Program-made: the position numbers and the translations under genes
Part shown: piece by piece, positions 45,452 to 54,089 of the stretch
Numbering within the stretch: position 1 is the first letter of the stretch
Layout of the letters: each line of letters begins with the position of its first letter
Origin: Candidatus Krumholzibacteriota bacterium
GTDB taxonomy: Bacteria > Krumholzibacteriota > Krumholzibacteriia > JAJRXK01
Direction: 5' to 3'
NCBI GenBank assembly: GCA_963727455.1
Contig: CAVSGG010000005.1
Location: 512,001-576,000, forward strand
Length of the DNA: 64,000 bases
The notes under the pieces: model-generated
What the model was told of the DNA's origin: nothing
Database searches by the model: none
Seen by the model: only the letters and a program-made list of their open reading frames with translations

Positions 45452-46615
45452 ATGAATGTCGCCATCCTGGGGATCAAGACTCTGCCCGCGGTGGCGGGAG
45501 CCGATCGGGTCGTCGAGAAGCTCCTGGAGAACTTCTCCGGAGAAAATGACTATTGGATCTACCTGCGGAAGGACACGTCCTCAAAGACCGTCTGCCACGA
45601 CAATCTGCATTTCATCCACGTCCCTGCGCTCAGTGGAAAGCATCTCGGGTCGTTCAGCTACTTCTTCCTGTGCTGTGTGCACTATCTGCTCAAGGGTCGC
45701 TACGATCTCGCCCACGTGCACAATTCGGATTTCGGTTTCTTCGTGCCCCTCCTGCGCCTCAAATTCAGGGTTCCCATCCTGGGCACCTTCCACGGCGATC
45801 CCTACACGCGCCAGAAGTGGGGACGCTTCGCAAAGTTCTACTTGAGGCTCTCCGAGAGATTCTTCGTGCAGTTCTGCCACCGCCTGAGTTCGGTTTCTCG
45901 CTTCAAAGGGCGGGTCAATGGGCTGTGGAGCAGCAAGCAAGTGGACTACATCCCTAACGGCGTTGACCCCTACTTTCAGGAGAGTCACCCCGAGAGTCTC
46001 GATCTCGCGGATATGGCTTTGATGCCCGGGGCCTACGTCCTCTTCGCCTGTGGCCGGCTCGATTCCACGAAGGGACTGCACCATCTCCTGAGTGCTTGGG
46101 AGAGTGTGGATACCCCGTTGAAGTTGTGCGTCGTGGGCGACTTCACGCACGATGCGGCCTACAGCGCGAGAGTGGACGCAAGGATCGCTGCCGATGCTTC
46201 GATCGTTGCGCAACGAAGGCTGCTGGGGAGGGAGGCCCTTTTGGAGTTGGTGCGAAACTGCAAGCTCTTCGTGTTTCCTTCCGAATACGAGGCGATGTCG
46301 ATGATGCTGCTCGAGGCGATCTCCTGCAAACGCCCCGTTCTCTGTTCAGACATTCCCGCCAACCGTGAGCTTCTCGTCCCCGACTATCCCTACCTTCATC
46401 GCACAAAGGATTCGGATTCGCTCGCCGAGCGACTTCAGGCCGCGTTGACGGATACGCGGCTCGAGGATTGGAGCTCGCGGCTCTACGAGCGCTGCATGCA
46501 CGAGTACGCATGGGACTCCATCGCGTCCGCCTATGAGAGTCTCTATGCCTCGCTGAAAGGAGAGCCGCTCTCCGAAAGTTCGGTGGGGATGCCGGCGCAG
46601 AACGGGAGTGCCTAG
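45452..46615 (+). CDS. Glycosyltransferase family 4
   Basis: AGADRV, IPNGV, GRL..TKG and EAMSMMLLEA. Confidence 0.9.
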   Translation: MNVAILGIKTLPAVAGADRVVEKLLENFSGENDYWIYLRKDTSSKTVCHDNLHFIHVPALSGKHLGSFSYFFLCCVHYLLKGRYDLAHVHNSDFGFFVPLLRLKFRVPILGTFHGDPYTRQKWGRFAKFYLRLSERFFVQFCHRLSSVSRFKGRVNGLWSSKQVDYIPNGVDPYFQESHPESLDLADMALMPGAYVLFACGRLDSTKGLHHLLSAWESVDTPLKLCVVGDFTHDAAYSARVDARIAADASIVAQRRLLGREALLELVRNCKLFVFPSEYEAMSMMLLEAISCKRPVLCSDIPANRELLVPDYPYLHRTKDSDSLAERLQAALTDTRLEDWSSRLYERCMHEYAWDSIASAYESLYASLKGEPLSESSVGMPAQNGSA

Positions 46616-46616
46616 G

Positions 46617-48725
46617 ATGCGCGCGCGCGGTCCACTCGCCTTGCTCGTTGCGCTGGGGCTTCTTGCCGGATTGCCAGTCTATGCCCTCGGAAACTCCTTT
46701 CTGGTGCTGGGCGGCCACATGTACGGTGTAACGGCGGACAAGAAACCCTGCCCCGGATTTCAGGCCATCGTGGACAGCCTGCCGCACTACGGTCCCGATG
46801 CCTACATTGCTGGAGGGGACTGCACCTTCTCCGGAGCTCCCGCCGAATGGGACAGCCTGGAAGCCACCTACGCCGGGAAGTGGAGCTTCCCCTTCGTGCC
46901 TGTGCTGGGCAATCACGACAGCGAGAACTTGGTCGAGTGGTATTCGCGATGGGGGGACGACACCTGGCGCAGCGACTACGATTCGACGCGAGTGCTCTTT
47001 CTGTGGTCCTCGCAGTCCCCCAACGGAAACCCCGACCAAGAGCATTTTGATTTCATCGTCAACGAGCTGGCACAGGCTGCCAGCGATCCCAGCGTCAGCG
47101 ATCTTCTGATCGTGCAGCATCACTTGGCTTGGGTGAAGACGCACCCGCGCTACGAGGTCATTCGCCAGATGGGGAACGCCTGGTACGACGAGTTCTCCAG
47201 CCGAGGCTATGATGTAAACGGGTTCTTCGACGAGATCTGGCCGCACATCAAGGCGGTGGCGCAGGTCAAACCGGTGACGATGTACTGCGGGGATACCGGC
47301 TATACCATTCTGAACCCAGCGATCTTCTATGACGTACTCGATGGAGTCACCCTCGTATCCTGCGGCTATCACGCCAGCGGTAATCCGAGTGGAGACGCGG
47401 TGATCTTCTATCGTTCGAGTGGGGGACAGGTCTCCCTCCAGCTCTTCTCTCCCTGGGGTACGGACTTCAATTCTCTTACGAGCTATAATTTGGACTACTG
47501 GACCGCCAAGCTAGCCGGAGCCAGTGATCCGGTCCCGACTGTCACACCGGGACCCGAGCCACCGTTCGTCTCGGATCTCCCTGCGGGGACCTTCGACTTG
47601 GGGGACCACATCGATCCGCGCTTCGAAACCTACCAGGAATCAACGGGATACACGGTAACTCTCTCTCCTTTCGTAATGTCTGTCACCGAGATCACAGTGG
47701 CCCAATACCTGGCCTTCTTGAACGATGCGGGGACGAACCTCTACGCCGGGTACTCTTGCGTCGACCTCGTCGATGCCCAGTGCCAAATACAGGATATCGG
47801 GGGGGTCTATTCCGCCAAGGATTCGGTAAATGTACAGGAGCCCATCGTAGAGGTGAGTTGGTACGGAGCCCTGGCCTACTGCAACTGGCGAAGCGGGCTG
47901 GATGGAACCACCCCGGCCTACGACGGGGTCGCCCCGGTCCCCGGGAGCGATGGCTGGCGGCTGCCCACCGACGCGGAGTTCGAGTACGCGATGCGCGGGG
48001 GCTATGGAGCAACTCCAGGGACACCCGGCTACACGCGCTTCTGGTGGGGGGATGACTCGTCCGACTACGTGCACGATTACGCCAACTACTATGGAACCGG
48101 AGGCGCCGACGTTTGGGAGGGTCTGGCTCCCGTCGGTTCGTTCCCGCCCAACCTCTTCGGACTGAGAGACATGGCCGGAAACGCCTTCGAGTGGTGCGAG
48201 GATCCCTGGACTTGGTCCTATCAGCTCTCGGGCAACGTGAACGATCCCCTCGAAAGCGGTTCCTTGGGCTACACCCAATACCGCGTGATCCGTGGCGGCG
48301 GTTACAATTTCGATTGGGCCGGCTGTCGCAACGGTTATCGCAGCGGGGAACTCGCCCATGAAAGCCAGAGCTATATCGGTTTCCGTATCGTACGGTCGGG
48401 CAGTGACGTGGTAACGAGTGGACCCCCGGTGACGCGCATTTCCACCGCCGTACGCCTGAAGCCGGCCTTCCCGAACCCGTTCAATCCTCGCACGACCCTG
48501 CACTACGAGTTGCCTCCGGGTCTCGATACTGCCAGCCTCTTCATCTACGACGCGCGAGGGAGGCTGGTGCGCCGACTCAGGAGCGGCGGGGGTTGGCCCT
48601 CCCAGGGAGACATCGTCTGGGATGGACTGGACGAGACGGGGGGAGCGGTGTCGTCAGGGAGCTACTTTGCAACCCTGAGAGCCGGGGGCCAGAGCAGTAC
48701 GCAGAAGCTGAGCCTCATCCGCTGA
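46617..48725 (+). CDS. Secreted multidomain protein: metallophosphoesterase + FGE-sulfatase (SUMF1-like) + FlgD/T9SS-type C-terminal domain
   Basis: Signal peptide; GHMYG, GGD, LGNHD; TEITVAQY, RLPTDAEFEYA, DMAGNAFEW, RGGG, GFRIV; PNPFNP...IYDARGRLVR...WDG.D..G...SG.YF. Confidence 0.8.
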   Translation: MRARGPLALLVALGLLAGLPVYALGNSFLVLGGHMYGVTADKKPCPGFQAIVDSLPHYGPDAYIAGGDCTFSGAPAEWDSLEATYAGKWSFPFVPVLGNHDSENLVEWYSRWGDDTWRSDYDSTRVLFLWSSQSPNGNPDQEHFDFIVNELAQAASDPSVSDLLIVQHHLAWVKTHPRYEVIRQMGNAWYDEFSSRGYDVNGFFDEIWPHIKAVAQVKPVTMYCGDTGYTILNPAIFYDVLDGVTLVSCGYHASGNPSGDAVIFYRSSGGQVSLQLFSPWGTDFNSLTSYNLDYWTAKLAGASDPVPTVTPGPEPPFVSDLPAGTFDLGDHIDPRFETYQESTGYTVTLSPFVMSVTEITVAQYLAFLNDAGTNLYAGYSCVDLVDAQCQIQDIGGVYSAKDSVNVQEPIVEVSWYGALAYCNWRSGLDGTTPAYDGVAPVPGSDGWRLPTDAEFEYAMRGGYGATPGTPGYTRFWWGDDSSDYVHDYANYYGTGGADVWEGLAPVGSFPPNLFGLRDMAGNAFEWCEDPWTWSYQLSGNVNDPLESGSLGYTQYRVIRGGGYNFDWAGCRNGYRSGELAHESQSYIGFRIVRSGSDVVTSGPPVTRISTAVRLKPAFPNPFNPRTTLHYELPPGLDTASLFIYDARGRLVRRLRSGGGWPSQGDIVWDGLDETGGAVSSGSYFATLRAGGQSSTQKLSLIR

Positions 48726-48738
48726 CGCGCCTCGCAGC

Positions 48739-49617
48739 CTAGCGGAAGGTGGTCTGTACGTACTCGCTCAGGGCGATGCGCCAGTGTCGCATCGGCGCAA
48801 GTCCGATCAGCTTGGCGCGGAGTCCCTCGATTGCCTCGGAAGCGGGACGGAACGCGGCCAGGGGAAACTGGGCCGAGGAGCAGGGTTGTACCTCACAAGT
48901 TTCGATCCCAGCGGCTTTCAGAATTTCCTGCGCCATCTCGAAGCGCGTACACGATCCCTCGTTCGCGGCGTGGTAAGTGCCGAACCTCTCCGTCGGCAAT
49001 AGCTCGAGGCAGCGGTGCGCGATGTCCACGGTGTAAGTGGGGGAACCTGACTTGTCGTCCACCGCCAAGAGGAGCTCGCTGGTGCGCGCGCGTTCGATCA
49101 TCTTGGCCACGAACTTCTTGTCCTCGGGCCCTCCTCCGAACATCCAACCCGCGCGAACGAGGTAGTGTTTGGGAACCAGGCGGCGCACCGCTTCCTCACC
49201 GAAGTACTTGCTGCGCGCATAGACGCTCACCGGTCCGGGAGAATCGAACTCGTGATAGGGGAGGTTCTTGTCACCGGGGAATACGCTTCCGGTCGAAACG
49301 TAGAGGAGTCCGCAGTCGCGCTCGTGGCAGAGAATGGCCAGACTCTCGGTGCCCATGGCGTTCACGCGCCAGGCATCCTCCGGCTCACGCTCGCAGTAGT
49401 CCACGTCGGTGAGGGCGGCCAGATGGAGCACCCAGTCGGGCTGGAAGCGATCCAGGGCCCTGGCCAGCTCCTCATGGGAGGTGATATCCAGGCGGTCCTT
49501 GGGGTCCTTTTCCAGCTTGGCGATGTCGGTCCCCCAGGCCTCGTGCCCCGCCGCCTCCGCCGCAGCGCGAAGGTCTCTTCCCATCATACCCCGCGCGCCG
49601 GTGATGAGCAGCCTCAT
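48739..49617 (-). CDS. rfbD: dTDP-4-dehydrorhamnose reductase
   Basis: LITGARGMMG, AALTDVD.CE, YARSK and GSPTY. Confidence 0.9.
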   Translation of the reverse strand: MRLLITGARGMMGRDLRAAAEAAGHEAWGTDIAKLEKDPKDRLDITSHEELARALDRFQPDWVLHLAALTDVDYCEREPEDAWRVNAMGTESLAILCHERDCGLLYVSTGSVFPGDKNLPYHEFDSPGPVSVYARSKYFGEEAVRRLVPKHYLVRAGWMFGGGPEDKKFVAKMIERARTSELLLAVDDKSGSPTYTVDIAHRCLELLPTERFGTYHAANEGSCTRFEMAQEILKAAGIETCEVQPCSSAQFPLAAFRPASEAIEGLRAKLIGLAPMRHWRIALSEYVQTTFR

Positions 49618-49827
49618 GGAATCCTCCCAGAAAGTGCGCTTCTCGGCCCCAACTCGGAGATTAGCAGAGTGCGGGCCAGCTGGCGAGGGGAGAGCTGGGG
49701 CCGGTCCGGCACCTTCCGTTCCGGTCAGGCGGGGCCGAGGGGATCCGCGGCGACGGGACCGGGGCGGGCGGGCTAAGCTCCTCTTGGAAGGGAACTTGCT
49801 TGAGCGAAAAGTGTCGCATTGAGCCTC

Positions 49828-49857
49828 TTGGATTCCTCCGATTTTCTATGCTATACT
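49828..49857 (+). promoter_or_regulatory. Putative sigma70 promoter (TTGGAT-N18-TATACT, extended -10)
   Basis: TG-c-TATACT at 49849-49857, only 9 nt before the ATG at 49867. Confidence 0.5.
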
Positions 49858-49866
49858 GCGGAGGTC

Positions 49867-50979
49867 ATGCGAACCGATATCCAACAGGTACCGTTCCTGG
49901 ACCTGATGGCCCAAAACGGCCCCCTTCGTGACCAGATCAATACCGCGATGGCGCGCGTCATCGACCAGAATGCGTTTATTTTGGGACCTTCGCTGGTTTC
50001 CTTCGAAACCGCATTCGCGGATTACTGCGAAGCCGCGCGCTGCGTTGGCGTCAGCTCGGGCTGTATGGCCCTTCAGCTGATGATGCAGGCGGCCGGGGTT
50101 GGACCCGGGGACGAAGTCATCACCGTCCCCAATACCTTCGTGGCCACGGTCGAGGCAATTCTCGCGGTGGGAGCGACACCCGTGCTCAGCGATGTCGACC
50201 CCGAAACCTGGCTCATGGATCCCGCCGCGGTGAAGGAGAAGATCACTCCGCGTACCAAGGCAATCCTCGCAGTTCACCTCTACGGCATTCCCTGCGATCT
50301 CGATGCCCTGCGCGCACTCGCGCAAGCGCATGAGCTCGTGCTATTGGAGGATGCGGCGCAGGCGCACGGCGCGCGTTGGAAATCGTCTCGCATTGGCAGC
50401 AGCAGCACCGCCGCGGCCTTTTCGTTCTACCCGGGGAAGAACCTGGGAGCGATGGGCGACGGTGGCGCCGTGGTGACGGACGATCCTGATCTGGCCGAGA
50501 AAGTGGTGGCGTTGCGCCATCACGGTCAGCTCGAGAAGAACATCCATAGCCTCGTGGGAACCACCGGGAGACTCGATTCTCTGCAGGCGGCGGTTCTCGA
50601 GGTGAAGTTGGCACACCTGGACGACTGGAACGACGGACGCCGTCGCGTGGCCAAGCGGTATCGAGAACGACTCGCCGGTACTCGGTATCGGATGCCGCAA
50701 CCCCCAAAGGGGGCGGAGCCTGTCTATCATCTGTTCGTGGTCAACCATCCGGAGGTAGAGAAGCTCAGGGAGCTACTGAGGGAGCACCGAATCGGACATG
50801 GGGCGCATTACCCCATGGCGGTACACCAGCATCCTGCTTTCTCTAGCCTAGGTCGCAACGGTGAATTCCCGATTGCCGAAGGGATTTGCAACCACATCGT
50901 CTCGCTTCCGATCTTCGCGGAGCTGGACGATGAGATGGTGGACTACGTCAGTGAGGTGTTGCTGAAGCTCGAATCCTGA
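49867..50979 (+). CDS. DegT/DnrJ/EryC1/StrS PLP-dependent sugar aminotransferase
   Basis: VPFLDL, GDEVI, VHLYG, EDAAQAHGA, FSFYPGKNLGA.GDGG and RLDSLQAA. Confidence 0.95.
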   Translation: MRTDIQQVPFLDLMAQNGPLRDQINTAMARVIDQNAFILGPSLVSFETAFADYCEAARCVGVSSGCMALQLMMQAAGVGPGDEVITVPNTFVATVEAILAVGATPVLSDVDPETWLMDPAAVKEKITPRTKAILAVHLYGIPCDLDALRALAQAHELVLLEDAAQAHGARWKSSRIGSSSTAAAFSFYPGKNLGAMGDGGAVVTDDPDLAEKVVALRHHGQLEKNIHSLVGTTGRLDSLQAAVLEVKLAHLDDWNDGRRRVAKRYRERLAGTRYRMPQPPKGAEPVYHLFVVNHPEVEKLRELLREHRIGHGAHYPMAVHQHPAFSSLGRNGEFPIAEGICNHIVSLPIFAELDDEMVDYVSEVLLKLES

Positions 50980-51113
50980 GGCGAACTTCTTGTTTCGGGT
51001 TTCGGATGGAGAACCTGTAGAACATCGTGCCTGGTTTGAAAGGGCCGGGCGCCTGATTCGGGTCGGCCATTGATCACCGTGAAGTGCAGCTCAGCGCAGG
51101 GACGGCTCCAGAA

Positions 51114-51839
51114 ATGAAGAAAGACGCGACAGCCTTGAATCTCGCAACGCTCGAAAAGCAATTGGAAGCGGCGGAAGTCTTCAGTCTTCGCATCGGCAGG
51201 CTGGAACAATCACAGCTCCAGTTGGGCGTGAAGCGCGCGATGGATCTCTTCTTTTCGGCACTGGTGTTGGTGGGGGGAGCTCCGCTCTTTCTCTTCCTCG
51301 CCCTCGCCGTGAAGTGCAGCTCGCGCGGCCCGGTATTTTTCCGGCAAACCCGTTTGGGTAAGAACGGTATCCCTTTTACTTTTTATAAGTTCCGGACGAT
51401 GCATCATAACAATGATGAATCGGTTCACCGCAGCTTCGCTCAGAGTTTCATCAACGGAAAGATGGAGAGTCACCAGGGAGGTCGTGTCTTCAAAATGATC
51501 AGCGACCCGCGTGTGACTCGCATCGGAACTTTCCTGCGGCAGAGCAGTCTCGATGAACTCCCGCAGTTCTGGAACATTCTGAAGGGCGAGATGAGCCTCG
51601 TCGGGCCGCGACCGCCCATTCATTACGAATTGGATCACTATCAGGACTGGCACAAGGATCGCTTGAAAGCCAAGCCGGGACTCACCGGTCTCTGGCAGGT
51701 CAGCGGCCGCAGCCGAGTGCCCTTCGACGAGATGGTAATGCTGGACTTGCATTACATCACCCATTGGAGTCTCGCGATGGATCTGAGGATCATCTTCAAG
51801 ACGATTCCCGTGCTCCTGAAGGGAGATGGGGCGTACTGA
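51114..51839 (+). CDS. Priming sugar-phosphate transferase (Bac_transf domain only)
   Basis: KRAMD, GPVFFRQ.R.G, KFRTM, DPRVT, SLDELPQ, SLVGPRP and [12 protein letters not shown]. Confidence 0.95.
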   Translation: MKKDATALNLATLEKQLEAAEVFSLRIGRLEQSQLQLGVKRAMDLFFSALVLVGGAPLFLFLALAVKCSSRGPVFFRQTRLGKNGIPFTFYKFRTMHHNNDESVHRSFAQSFINGKMESHQGGRVFKMISDPRVTRIGTFLRQSSLDELPQFWNILKGEMSLVGPRPPIHYELDHYQDWHKDRLKAKPGLTGLWQVSGRSRVPFDEMVMLDLHYITHWSLAMDLRIIFKTIPVLLKGDGAY

Positions 51840-51890
51840 TCACCCCCGATTCCAAATGCCAGATTTCAGACCCTAAATCGAGGACCACCA

Positions 51891-52928
51891 ATGAGCGCTC
51901 CCATTCGCGTTGGTGTCATTGGGGTTGGGTACTGGGGACCCAATCTCGTACGAAATTTCTCATCTCTTCCCAATACGCAGTGCGTCTGGGCCGTGGACTT
52001 GGACCAAGAGCGCCTGACTCACATGCAGGGGCTCTATCCCTCTCTGCAAGTCAGCCAGAGGGCCTCCGACGCGATCGAGGACCCCTCGGTTGACGCTATC
52101 GTATTGGCCACCCCCGTGGACAAGCACGAGGAGATCGCGGTCAAGGCTCTGGACTATGGAAAACACGTCTTCGTGGAGAAGCCGATGGCCACCACGGTGG
52201 AGGAGTGTCACCGCATGATCGCCGCCGCCGAGCGTAACGGGAAGGTCCTGATGGTGGGGCACACCTTTCTCTATAATTCGGTGGTGCGGAGGATCCGTCA
52301 GCTCATCGAGGAAGGCGAGTTGGGAGAGATCTTCTACATCAACATGACCCGCGTGAATCTCGGTCTCTTCCGGGAAGACGTGAACGTCGTCTGGGACCTC
52401 GCTCCGCATGACATTTCCATCCTGGGGTACTTGCTCGACTCGCATCCTCTGAAAGTTCACGCCACCGGCAACGCATTCGTGCAGCCGGGAATCGAGGACG
52501 TGGCTTTCGTGGACCTGGAATACCCAGGTAGCGTGCGAGCGCATCTCCACGTGAGTTGGCTCGACCCCAACAAGATTCGCCGGGTCACCGTGGTCGGAAG
52601 CAGGAAGATGTTGGTCTACGACGACACTTCCAATCTCGAGAAACTGCGTGTATACGACAAGGGCGTCACCAAGATGCCGCACTACGACAGCTTCGGAGAG
52701 TTTCATCTGAGCTACCGTTACGGAGATATCGTCCTGCCCCGCATCGAAGAGGCCGAACCCCTCAAGACCGAAGCCCAGCATTTCCTTCAGTGCATTCGGG
52801 AGGGAAAGAAGCCCTTGAGCGATGGAGCCAATGGCCTCAAGGTGGTGGAAGTTCTGGAAGCCGCCTGTCGATCCATTACCGACGGCGGCGCGGCCATCGA
52901 GTTGAATGGGGTGGGGAGCCCGCGCTGA
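51891..52928 (+). CDS. Gfo/Idh/MocA NAD-dependent oxidoreductase (WbpB/WlbA-like)
   Basis: GVIGVGYWG.N..RN, VEKP, MVGH, WDLAPHD and SWLDP.K.R. Confidence 0.9.
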   Translation: MSAPIRVGVIGVGYWGPNLVRNFSSLPNTQCVWAVDLDQERLTHMQGLYPSLQVSQRASDAIEDPSVDAIVLATPVDKHEEIAVKALDYGKHVFVEKPMATTVEECHRMIAAAERNGKVLMVGHTFLYNSVVRRIRQLIEEGELGEIFYINMTRVNLGLFREDVNVVWDLAPHDISILGYLLDSHPLKVHATGNAFVQPGIEDVAFVDLEYPGSVRAHLHVSWLDPNKIRRVTVVGSRKMLVYDDTSNLEKLRVYDKGVTKMPHYDSFGEFHLSYRYGDIVLPRIEEAEPLKTEAQHFLQCIREGKKPLSDGANGLKVVEVLEAACRSITDGGAAIELNGVGSPR

Positions 52929-52945
52929 AGTCCCCTAGCACCAAA

Positions 52946-54067
52946 TTGAGGGTTCGTTTTCTGGCCGATCGCTTGCCTGTGGGAGGTGCAGAGCGGGTGG
53001 TCGAATCTCTCTGTCTGGGATTGCGGGAGCAAGGCTTCGAAACGGCTCTCACAACCTTTCGCGGACTGGGAGAAATTGGAGCACAAATCGCCGAGGCCAA
53101 AGTCCCAGTGGAGGGGAAGCTGCTCTCAGAACCCAAGTCTCCCTTCGCCCTACCCCGACTAATCCAGCATCTGGCGCGCGAGTCCTGTGACTTGCTCTAC
53201 GTCCTCGATCATGGCAATGCACTCTTCTTGGGCCGGATCGCGGCGCGCCTGGCCGGCGTGCCACATCAGGTCTGCGCAGTGCATCGCACGAGAAGAGCTG
53301 ACGGCAGCCCCAGTCTCAATCTTCTGGATCGAATCCTGATGCCTCTGTCCGATAAGGTGATCGCGGTAAGCAATCGGCAGGCGAGGTATCTCCAGGAGGA
53401 GATGGGAATCTCCCCAGAGCGGGTTTCCGTCATCCACAACGGGATCGACACCCGCCGTTTCGCGCCACGTCCTTATGGCGAGGAACGTATCGCGCGCCGT
53501 CGAGAACTTGGACTTCCTCTGCAGACTCCTCTGTTGGCCATCGTTGCTGCTCTGCGTCCCGAAAAGCACCACGAGTTGATTCTGGAGGCTCTGCAGCGCA
53601 GCACCCACGCGCCGAGTCCGCACCTATTGATCGTCGGGGCGGGAGCGCGCGAGTCAGCCATCCGCACCTACGCGGAGAAGCTCGGCGTCAGCGATCGCGT
53701 GCACTGGCTGGGGCTGCGCAATGACGTGCCCCAGATTCTCTCGATCGCCGATCTCCTGGTTCTCTCTTCGCACCCCGTCGTCGAAACCTTCCCGCTCTGT
53801 GTCCTGGAGGGGATGGCAGCTCAGCTTCCCGTCGTCTCCACTCGGGTGGGTTCGATCGAGGAAATGGTGTTGGAAGGCGAGACCGGATTGCTCGTGCCAC
53901 CCTCCGATGCCCGCGCCCTGGCCAATGCAATCGATCAGCTCCTTCGCGAACCTGGTCGGGCCAACGCCATGGGAGAAGCCGGCCGCGAGCATGTGTTGCG
54001 GAACTTCGATCAGGAGATCATGGTAAAGGCTACGGCACGCTTGCTTCGCCGGGTGCTGGCGAGGTAG
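52946..54067 (+). CDS. Glycosyltransferase family 4
   Basis: GGAER, IHNGID, LRPEK and ETFPLCVLEGMA. The upstream part of the track ORF overlaps the oxidoreductase, so the start is uncertain (52925 or 52946). Confidence 0.88.
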   Translation: MRVRFLADRLPVGGAERVVESLCLGLREQGFETALTTFRGLGEIGAQIAEAKVPVEGKLLSEPKSPFALPRLIQHLARESCDLLYVLDHGNALFLGRIAARLAGVPHQVCAVHRTRRADGSPSLNLLDRILMPLSDKVIAVSNRQARYLQEEMGISPERVSVIHNGIDTRRFAPRPYGEERIARRRELGLPLQTPLLAIVAALRPEKHHELILEALQRSTHAPSPHLLIVGAGARESAIRTYAEKLGVSDRVHWLGLRNDVPQILSIADLLVLSSHPVVETFPLCVLEGMAAQLPVVSTRVGSIEEMVLEGETGLLVPPSDARALANAIDQLLREPGRANAMGEAGREHVLRNFDQEIMVKATARLLRRVLAR

Positions 54068-54089
54068 GAGCGGCAAGGGAGGAACGAAA

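Noticed and set aside
44085-47372. Long antisense ORFs (44085..45323, 46143..47372; likewise 4549..5538, 26484..27488, 60248-region and 61802..63127)
   Set aside because: They are shadow frames of well-supported genes in GC-rich DNA and have no recognisable motifs.
52556-52945. N-terminal extensions given by the ORF track (also 24554, 30285, 36250, 41544, 56573, 59129, 60253)
   Set aside because: They overlap upstream genes or precede the family-typical N-terminus (e.g. [14 protein letters not shown]), so downstream starts were chosen.
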